A stretch of 64,000 nt of DNA from Escherichia phage OliverMaurmann_Bas86. The position numbers were made by a program, and so were the translations under genes. How positions within the stretch are numbered: the first letter of the stretch is position 1; each line of letters begins with the position of its first letter. The stretch lies in the sequence record PQ850622.1; one strand, given 5' to 3'. Under the pieces are notes generated by a model. It was not told the DNA's origin, made no database searches, and worked only from the letters and a program-made list of their open reading frames with translations. Positions 56,928-64,000 of the stretch are shown in pieces.

Positions 56928-57839
56928 TTATGCTGCCAGTTGGCGTGCCGCCATAATCTCGGCAGCTTTGCGTAACACTTCCTCTTCTTCCTGCGCAGCT
57001 TTCTCATTAGCTTTGACAGTTGAAGCGTTTGAGATACGACCGCGAAGGTTAGACAATTTTTCAGTCATTTCATTGATCACCTTTTCCATTTCATCGGCGT
57101 ACGAGTCCAGAGATTCAAGCTCTTTAGTTGAGGCATTAATCAGGTAGTCATCGCTGATAGAAACAGTTGAAGCGGTTACTTTCTTAAGGAGTGAATCGAA
57201 AGTTTTCTTAACTTTGCCTACTTCTTCACTCAATGCGATAGTATTGTCAGAAGATGCGCCGTTGCGTTCATCTGCCAGTAGTGCCGCTTCAATACGGATT
57301 GCAGCCAGACGGTCAACCAGTGCATAAATATCCTGATTAAAGTTTTCGTTAACCTTCTGGTTGATCTGGTTTGCTACCGGAACATTGTCGTTGCAACCTT
57401 TGTAGAATGCTGGGTTATCAACCTGCACGTCTTCACCTTTAGCAAAGCGTTCAAAGGAATTAGACCAGCGGGCGCGGTTTTGTTCCATTTTGGCCTTAAC
57501 TTGTTCCGGTTTAGCATCCTCTTTCGCTTTCGCTTCACCTTCCAGATTAATCCATTTCTTTTTACCGTTCGCCCCGTCGCTGTTGTACTTGATCGGGGTT
57601 AAGAAAGAGATGGCAACCGCAATCACGTCTAAGTCACGATAACGCTCAGTTAACAAGAAATCAACCGCCGCCTGCAATACATCCAGTTTCTTACCGTTGG
57701 TGCGGAAGTGCTGCAAATGGCCTAACAGGAAGTTAGAAACATCTTGTTTGATTGCCGCGTTGTTGCTACGAATGTTGTTAGCCAGTGCATTAAAGCCGGA
57801 TTCGTTAACCAGATTAAAAACTTTAGCCATGATATTCAC
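56928..57839 (-). CDS. hypothetical protein (first gene downstream of the non-coding repeat region)
   Basis: 303 aa; sequence looks more GC-rich than the surrounding phage DNA by eye. Confidence 0.4.
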   Translation of the reverse strand: MNIMAKVFNLVNESGFNALANNIRSNNAAIKQDVSNFLLGHLQHFRTNGKKLDVLQAAVDFLLTERYRDLDVIAVAISFLTPIKYNSDGANGKKKWINLEGEAKAKEDAKPEQVKAKMEQNRARWSNSFERFAKGEDVQVDNPAFYKGCNDNVPVANQINQKVNENFNQDIYALVDRLAAIRIEAALLADERNGASSDNTIALSEEVGKVKKTFDSLLKKVTASTVSISDDYLINASTKELESLDSYADEMEKVINEMTEKLSNLRGRISNASTVKANEKAAQEEEEVLRKAAEIMAARQLAA

Positions 57840-57898
57840 CTTTCAATTGTAAGGGCACTATGCCCCCGCTCTCTATGAGCTTTTTAAGTCACTATTGA

Positions 57899-57938
57899 CT
57901 TATCAATAATCACTCAATATCAAGTAATTATTGATAAG
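57899..57938. promoter_or_regulatory. perfect 12-bp inverted repeat CTTATCAATAAT / ATTATTGATAAG separated by 16 nt
   Basis: Read directly; lies in a non-coding region. Confidence 0.4.
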
Positions 57939-58644
57939 CGAGGCGGTCTTATCAGGAGTTAACCTTGCCGCCTCCTTATCCGTGATGTTTCATCTGGTAT
58001 CTTTAATTAGTCGCTATAAATAAAGCCGACCTGATAGCGATGATCAATCATCACAATAAGGCAGTGCGTCCGACTCTATTTAATTACTTTATCGTAACCG
58101 TCGGCAATATCGTCTACTTTGCTTTCGCTCCCGCCTATCCTTTTGTACTAACTCTCAATCGCTAACCATCGCCCACTACGGGAGGTTATTGCGAAAGAGT
58201 CATTAGCCGTCTAATGCATTGACGTTTTATATCTTTCAGCAGGTTTACTACATAAACTGATTATGTACGCCATCAATAGTGGCCTCAAATCATTCACATC
58301 GTAAACGTTCACACTAAACCTTATTGTTAAATAGCAATTTGCCACTTTTTAACCATTCACCGCCGCCCCCAATTGGGCGTTAATTCGTCGGATTTGCCTA
58401 CCCTGATAAACTTCTTTCACTGTAGCACCTTGTTAGCGATGGCCGCCGCTACCCTTTAACCGTGGGCGATTAGTTTAGGCCGTTGCGTGTACTCAATGAA
58501 TCCGTTTTATCAGTGGTGACGTTTCCAGTTAAGGGATTGTAAAAACTGTTTACCCTGATAATTTAGGGAGTCTTACGCCGTTTTATCTGGTATGTTTTCC
58601 GATGGTTATTATCATCCAACATATTCAACCGATATAGGAGAATG

Positions 58645-59440
58645 TTTAAATTGTTAAAGAGCGGTAAATCTATCAGTGTGCTTTCTCACACTATGCAACT
58701 GTTAGCCGTTGTTACGCTTTTCTTAAGCGGTGAATTGCTTAAGTGTGCTCATTATGAATCATGCTGTTTTAGCTGTCAACCGCTTTTTTAATCTTTTTCG
58801 TCGTTCCCTTTATTGGGAGGATATATCAATCAGCTATATTTGATTGAAGATTAAGCGGTAAGGCTTAACTCACGATTCATATTTTTAAAGAGCGGTGTTT
58901 CTTACTGCTTGGTGAACATTCTATCAGAGTGTTCACCTTGTCAACTCTTTTTATCATCTTCTTTTATTCTATTCCCTTATCTCGCTTGAATCTATGCGAA
59001 AGGGCAAGATGATAAATTGTTAAAGAGCGGGGCACTAAGTGCCGGATGTTTCAAGTCATCGCTGACCGTGTGAACATCTTATCATAGTGATTCGATGTGT
59101 CAACAACTATTTTTCGATTAATGCATCTTGATAAACTAGCGACCGTTAAGGCCGCTAACCTTACCTTAGTTCATACGTTTAAAGGTTAAATCTTTATCCG
59201 TACTTACCAGCGATAACACCGCAATAGCTTTGCCTTTATCGGCATCGGCTACCATCTCTTTTGCCTGCTGTAATGTACTACCGACTATTCTCATAATCAT
59301 GTTAGTAACGTTAATGCTAGTGCAAGTGATTTGCGTGTCTTTGCTTGAGAAGGTGTAGATGTTCATTGATAAATCCTCGTTATGGCATGGTTGAGAGTTT
59401 ATCAAGATACACTAATCGAATTATTAAAGAGCAAGGCTAA
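58645..59440 (-). repeat. dispersed direct repeats carrying TTAAAGAGCGG (+ strand) with adjacent sigma70-like -35/-10 hexamers on the - strand
   Basis: TTAAAGAGCGG at 58654, 58885, 59020 and a degenerate copy at 59424; - strand TTGACA-15nt-TAGAAT (58918-58944) and TTGACA-16nt-TAAGAT (59076-59103). Confidence 0.5.
59166..59405 (-). CDS. hypothetical protein
   Basis: 79 aa ORF inside the repeat region; may not be real. Confidence 0.2.
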   Translation of the reverse strand: MINSQPCHNEDLSMNIYTFSSKDTQITCTSINVTNMIMRIVGSTLQQAKEMVADADKGKAIAVLSLVSTDKDLTFKRMN

Positions 59441-59681
59441 ACATCTAGCCTATCAGGAGGTAACTTACTGCATCGCGTCCTGACAAGATTCAATATACAC
59501 TATCCTAAAACCGTTGCAAGCCTTTTTCTAAAATAATTTCACTTTCTTTTAGGTATAGAGGAACACGCGCACGAATAACATCAAGGGAGGAAGAAAACAA
59601 GCATTATAATCAAAAGCTAGGCATGTAGGAGGCGTTCTAACGAGATAAACAGGGGCAAGATGTGCAATCACCTTAGAAATG

Positions 59682-59705
59682 AAAAAAGCGCCTCAAAAGG
59701 GCGCT
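59682..59705 (-). terminator. rho-independent terminator (reverse strand)
   Basis: On - strand AGCGCC-CUUUUGA-GGCGCU followed by UUUUUU. Confidence 0.55.
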
Positions 59706-59725
59706 TAGAGAGTCTTACGGGTTGG

Positions 59726-60052
59726 TTACGGATTGGTGCAAGTGCCGTTACCTGATGCTATTTCGTTCATCGACTCATCGAACAACGTCATGCTAGACCG
59801 CATCATGTGATCAATGGTGATTTGCTTGCCTGTTGTCTGATTGACCAGCATTGCAGACTTACTATCAACTATCTTGCTGTCGTAGTCGTTCAGGTCAATC
59901 AATATTGCCTTGCTGGACTTCTTGCCAGTGTCGTAGTTTTCCATTAGATAGGTGCATTGCAGACCATCTAAACTGGCCTCGTTGAATACGGCAGCATGTG
60001 ACACGGAAGAAACAGCGAACAAGGCAGCACATACAGCTAATTTAATTTTCAT
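59726..60052 (-). CDS. secreted/periplasmic protein with signal peptide
   Basis: MKIKLAVCAALFAVSSVSHA then A; SD GAGGT. Confidence 0.4.
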   Translation of the reverse strand: MKIKLAVCAALFAVSSVSHAAVFNEASLDGLQCTYLMENYDTGKKSSKAILIDLNDYDSKIVDSKSAMLVNQTTGKQITIDHMMRSSMTLFDESMNEIASGNGTCTNP

Positions 60053-60145
60053 GATTCAACCTCAAGAAGAACGTGCAACAAAGAAAAACAAGTCATAGAT
60101 AAATGCTATGATACAGAGAACTAACAGACAATGCAAAAAAAATAC

Positions 60146-60421
60146 TTATGTAACATTACTCACCACTTTATCTAGATGATCATCGAACGTTTCACAAATG
60201 GATTGCACTTCGTCAATATCTAGTAACAGACCGTGACGGGCAAAGAATTGAGCTAACTCAAGATAATCCGCACCAATAAGCATGACACCATTGAAAGGGG
60301 CGATCTTAACATCTTGAGATGTTACCAATAATAAATTACCAATATCAGCAATAGCATCATAATTCAGTGTAACGCCTACGCCGTAATTATGTGTTTCAAT
60401 AATGGCGATAGTTTCCATCAT
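60146..60421 (-). CDS. hypothetical protein (possible tandem paralog)
   Basis: N-terminus METIAIIETHNYGVGV parallels the next gene. Confidence 0.3.
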   Translation of the reverse strand: MMETIAIIETHNYGVGVTLNYDAIADIGNLLLVTSQDVKIAPFNGVMLIGADYLELAQFFARHGLLLDIDEVQSICETFDDHLDKVVSNVT

Positions 60422-60669
60422 TAGTTATCCTCGATAGTCAATAACTCTTCCAGCGATAAGCCAGATTTAACCAGCAAATCACGATACTCGTTAGCATCCA
60501 TCGGATCGAGGCCGGACAATTGAGCGATGGTCATGCGTGCACGTAATGAAGGTAAGGAAACTAAAGCACGGATAGGGATCAATACAAGCCCATATTTACC
60601 ACTGATAACTAAATCACCGTGCTGGATGCACATATGAGCATTTACTACGATTGCAAATGATTCATTCAC
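60421..60669 (-). CDS. hypothetical protein (possible tandem paralog)
   Basis: N-terminus MNESFAIVVNAHMCIQHG; ATGA overlap with neighbour. Confidence 0.3.
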   Translation of the reverse strand: MNESFAIVVNAHMCIQHGDLVISGKYGLVLIPIRALVSLPSLRARMTIAQLSGLDPMDANEYRDLLVKSGLSLEELLTIEDN

Positions 60670-61166
60670 TGGATAGCCTCACAATTAGCAAAGTTAATAA
60701 AGGTTGTATAAACTGCTACACCGTCATTGTAAGCAGTGGTAGCGAGTACAGTTTCACTCACATCCCCATAACTAACGAGATTCGTTACGAACTGTAATTT
60801 CTCTTTCTCGACCTTCTGATATAGAGAGTAAGTCACCATATCTTGATCACTATCAGCACGTTTCAATTTAATGACTGACTGAGTGCCAGATTTCTCGCCC
60901 AATGGGGTAAGAGTGACACGCACATTAGCGGTAGTGACTTCATTGAAGTGTACACGCCAGAAGGCATCATTACCATCACTACCAACGTCACGGCAGACCA
61001 TATCAGGAGCATTCTTAAACGTGCTAACAAAGGATTGCAGACCTGTAGGAGCGGATAACGCTTTATCATCTTTAGCCTGAACATTGGTAGCGATAGCACT
61101 AACACCGATAGCTGCAACCAGTGCATAGGACGCTAGATTGATAGCCTGCATTGCTTTGATAGCCAT
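60666..61166 (-). CDS. secreted protein with signal peptide
   Basis: Start at internal ATG 61166 preceded by AGGAGT: MAIKAMQAINLASYALVAAIGVSAIATNVQA (ORF track extends to 61226). Confidence 0.35.
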   Translation of the reverse strand: MAIKAMQAINLASYALVAAIGVSAIATNVQAKDDKALSAPTGLQSFVSTFKNAPDMVCRDVGSDGNDAFWRVHFNEVTTANVRVTLTPLGEKSGTQSVIKLKRADSDQDMVTYSLYQKVEKEKLQFVTNLVSYGDVSETVLATTAYNDGVAVYTTFINFANCEAIQ

Positions 61167-61439
61167 TATTACTACTCCTGATAAATGAAAGATTGTTTGT
61201 CGTGTGTAGTTACTTAGGCTGATCAACCTTCACTACTCACTATCACCGCTAACTACTTTACATCACTGCTTCATTAACGATAATTCAAACTACGATTGCA
61301 ACTATATATTAAAGGAAAAACATGTCAACCACTTATTTTCAAACTATTTCATAAGTCACTGAATATAAAAGGAATTTAATTTACTAAACTTTCTTGTTCA
61401 GAGATACAGCTTACCAAATAGATGTTATTTTATAACACT

Positions 61440-62480
61440 TACAGAACGGGTAGCAGACCAACGGGATAGATAGATGGGTAAGACGTGCCGCATAGGTTAG
61501 CCAATGGGTAAGAAGCCTAACGAGGAAGGGGAAACGGGTAGGATATAATGTAAGTTAGTTACAGGTAACAGGTCAGACCATGCGGTGATAAATTACCAGT
61601 CAAATTCCCTACTCATCAAAAGAAAAAAGAAACGCTGAAAAAGAAAAGAATAAAAGAAAGAATAAAAATAATAACTAAAGTAAACAACTACCAGTCTAAA
61701 CATACATACATCAATAATCCACTCATGAATAATCACATAAGTTATTACATTCAAACTATGGGGGATGGTCATCAATGGTATAGTTTACATAGGTTATCAT
61801 TAATGTTCTTACTATTAATACCGGTTAGTTATAGTCTTCTATTAGTATGCCTGTACAGTGCTAGCCTTTCATCCCTTCTCAATATGAGTAAGAGAAATAC
61901 GGGTGGGAGAATACTGGTTAGATATACATGGGTATTAAATAGATGGCTTATATCAATGGGTAGGGTATTTATGGGTAGGCATACCTCTGATAGCAGGTAG
62001 GGCAAGGATTAGAGCTTAAAGGCTGATTGATTTCCTAAAGGCGATTGCATTCCCTATAACCCTTTTTTAAATGAGGACTCCCCCTTTTACCAAAACACGC
62101 TCGGAGGGGCTAGGTCCACTCGGTCAAATCAGAATTTTAAACTCTTATATATAACTATATGCCCCAACGTTAGTTGTGGATTTAAGAATAAGGAACTATT
62201 TTATGTGGAAGATTAAGTTACTACTTAAGCAATTCAAATGTAATCACGAGTACTATCCAATCCGGATATCAAGAGGTGATGAACGATTACACACTTATTA
62301 CAAGAGTACATGGAGATGTGCAGACTGTGGTAAGGTGAGGAATAGTAAATGGGTGGATAGGCCTTAATGTGAGGTGGACTTTATGGGTATGCCTTTATGA
62401 GATCCCCTTTACATCAGCGTACATGGGTTTATACATGGGTGGGCCTTTAGATGAGTACGCCTTTATGGGTTGATCACTCT
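61440..62480 (+). repeat. iteron-like array of ATGGGT(A/G) / GGGTA(A/G)G repeats flanking an A-rich tract
   Basis: At least ten same-orientation copies read by eye (e.g. near 61476, 61504, 61537, 61926, 61958, 61971, 62383, 62422, 62434, 62466); 61590-61720 is strongly A-rich. Confidence 0.5.
62203..62367 (+). CDS. small zinc-ribbon protein of the same family as the 52480-53018 cluster
   Basis: ATG at 62203 with AAGGAA upstream: MWKIKLLLKQFKCNHEYYP...YYKSTWRCADCGK. Confidence 0.35.
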   Translation: MWKIKLLLKQFKCNHEYYPIRISRGDERLHTYYKSTWRCADCGKVRNSKWVDRP

Positions 62481-62502
62481 CGTTTATCAGAGGAGAACAA
62501 AT

Positions 62503-62751
62503 ATGTTTCTAGACTTTTTATCAGAGGTACTTCCCTACTTCCGCACTGAGAAATGTGCATTTGTATTTGATGAAGGGGAGGAGTCAATGACTTGTTTGGG
62601 TAGATTAGTAGACCTAGACGATGATGAAGATTTTGATGCTACGATGGACATTAGTTCATTGGGCTGGTTGTACATGAGATGCTTTGTAAGTTACAAGGCT
62701 GAAACGTTTAAAGATTATCGCTATAGCGCTGAAGGAGAGAATGATGAATAA
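62503..62751 (+). CDS. hypothetical acidic protein
   Basis: ATG at 62503 preceded by AGGAGAA. Confidence 0.35.
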   Translation: MFLDFLSEVLPYFRTEKCAFVFDEGEESMTCLGRLVDLDDDEDFDATMDISSLGWLYMRCFVSYKAETFKDYRYSAEGENDE

Positions 62752-63400
62752 CAATATGACAGGAACTAATACACTGAATGCAATCTACGAGAACATGGGA
62801 TGTAAAGGCGAGGTTGTTTACAATGGTAATCTCCGTCCTTTATCAGAGGACACTTTCTATCTGAATCGTGTTCATGAAACTACTGGAGGTCAGTCCCGAG
62901 TTGAGATGGCAAAACAATTGGCTCATGGTTCTGTGTATGGTTATGCTCCTTCAACCCGTGAAATATGGGAAGGTTTGATTCCTTGTACAGAAGCTAAAGA
63001 TGTGAAAGATTATTTCACTGTAGCGAAAGAAGTTAAACGTAAGTGTCCGTCCAATTTAGAAGTTGTTCCGTATGTAGCTGACAAACATGCACACCTACCG
63101 GACTATGCCCGTGAGATGATTGAGATGATAGAAGAGGCTGAGTATGAAGCTCTGAATAATTATTTAAATTCAAAAGAGCAATGGTCTCGTAATGTAGTAA
63201 TTGACGAAGAAGGTAATGAAGTTGTAACGTGGGTGCATGTTAGTGAACAAGCTCTGGACCCCGAGCTTGAAGAATACAAAAAATTTTTGGCGTCCTCTTC
63301 TTTTGAGGTAGAGAATGACAAATCTATTCCAGTTAGCTGGGAAGGTGAAACTGTAGCTCTCCAGACTTTGTTCAACCTACACGTAGGTGATGTAGACTAA
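62741..63400 (+). CDS. hypothetical protein
   Basis: 219 aa ORF. Confidence 0.4.
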   Translation: MMNNNMTGTNTLNAIYENMGCKGEVVYNGNLRPLSEDTFYLNRVHETTGGQSRVEMAKQLAHGSVYGYAPSTREIWEGLIPCTEAKDVKDYFTVAKEVKRKCPSNLEVVPYVADKHAHLPDYAREMIEMIEEAEYEALNNYLNSKEQWSRNVVIDEEGNEVVTWVHVSEQALDPELEEYKKFLASSSFEVENDKSIPVSWEGETVALQTLFNLHVGDVD

Positions 63401-63411
63401 TAAAAGGTGTT

Positions 63412-63438
63412 GCCTCCTCTCGTGGGAGGCTTTTTGTT
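63412..63438 (+). terminator. rho-independent terminator
   Basis: GCCTCC-TCTCGTG-GGAGGC followed by TTTTTGTTG. Confidence 0.6.
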
Positions 63439-63465
63439 GTAACGATAATGTAGAAGGAGTATAAG

Positions 63466-63933
63466 ATGTTTGGAGAAAAAGGAGAACTCACGCCTGCACA
63501 GGTAGCTGAGATTACAGGAAGACTGCCCGGAGTAACGGAAGAACTTGAATCCAAGGGCATGGAACCAAGCACAGGGAAGTTCACTAAAGGTAATAAATTT
63601 GGACGTCCCAAAGGTAGTAGAGGTAAATTGACACAGCTCATGCTCGATCGTGTTGCTGCTAGTCACCTGTCTCCCGATGAAGTGTTGATTCAGATTTATG
63701 AAGATCCAAATATTCCACCTGATCTTAGATTCAAGGCTGCAAGTAAAGTCGCTGATCTGGTATATCCTAAGGCAGCTTCTGTTGAGGTTAAGATTGAGGA
63801 AGAGAATGTAATCAATGAAGAGTCACTGAACGCACAGATTCGAGACTTCTTGACTGGTGCACTGAAAGTGGATGTGCTACCTCCAGAGGACTCTGAGGAC
63901 GCTGAAAAGGAGGAGGAAGCGGACGAGAGTTAA
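63466..63933 (+). CDS. putative DNA-binding protein, possibly small terminase subunit
   Basis: 155 aa with KGNKFGRPKGSRGK basic motif and acidic C-terminus; starts a new operon after a terminator. Confidence 0.3.
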   Translation: MFGEKGELTPAQVAEITGRLPGVTEELESKGMEPSTGKFTKGNKFGRPKGSRGKLTQLMLDRVAASHLSPDEVLIQIYEDPNIPPDLRFKAASKVADLVYPKAASVEVKIEEENVINEESLNAQIRDFLTGALKVDVLPPEDSEDAEKEEEADES

Positions 63934-64000
63934 TAGGAATAAAGGGGAGGGTTCTTTTCGCGAGGGATCTCTCCCTTTTTTTATTTTATTGGAGGAATAT

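Noticed and set aside
58645-59440. CRISPR array
   Set aside because: The repeats are short, imperfect and irregularly spaced, and there are no cas-like genes
61725-62000. ORF 61725..62000 (+), 91 aa
   Set aside because: Lies within the ATGGGT repeat array; its Met-Gly repeats are what the DNA repeat would produce if translated, and there is no RBS
63966-63990. Terminator-like GGGA-TCTC-TCCC followed by TTTTTTT after the last gene
   Set aside because: Stem is only 4 bp; too weak to call without free-energy calculation
1-64000. T7-type single-subunit RNA polymerase or a prophage integration module
   Set aside because: No RNAP motifs or integrase/recombinase ORFs seen; the phage instead encodes a sigma factor, so it likely redirects host RNAP

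Overview
The window reads as a segment of a lytic tailed dsDNA phage genome; no rRNA, CRISPR array, integrase or transposon was seen. Positions 1-17398 (+ strand) carry a late structural/lysis block: tail fibre with a C-terminal chaperone domain, GH24 lysozyme, an Ig-like-domain structural protein, an SLT transglycosylase, two tandem Q/N-rich paralogs and a 1481-aa internal virion protein. Positions 17496-61226 (- strand) carry roughly 90 early/middle genes: a split family-A DNA polymerase (polymerase and 3'-5' exonuclease in separate genes), T7 gp4-like primase-helicase, 5'-3' exonuclease, SSB-like protein, PhoH-like ATPase, ThyX, dCTP-deaminase-family enzyme, dNMP-kinase-like protein, thioredoxin, an ECF-like sigma factor, five HNH endonucleases and a tRNA-Arg(UCU). 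The sigma factor, the tRNA and the recurring TAATGTATA promoter-like motif resemble what I recall of phiEco32-type podoviruses, but that is recollection, not a search result. Capsid, portal and large terminase genes are absent, so the window is only part of the genome. The most interesting content is a ~10 kb enzyme module (38598-48746) combining a class-II glutamine amidotransferase, an ATP-grasp ligase, two glutamine-synthetase-fold amidoligase-like proteins and a gamma-glutamyl cyclotransferase-like protein, with no recognisable substrate. Other notable items are a DUF2829/Tad2-like candidate anti-Thoeris protein, several tandem paralog families, a 1.3 kb non-coding repeat region (57840-59165) and an ATGGGT iteron array around an A-rich tract (61430-62480). 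All functional calls come from motif recognition by eye; coordinates of starts are approximate where noted.
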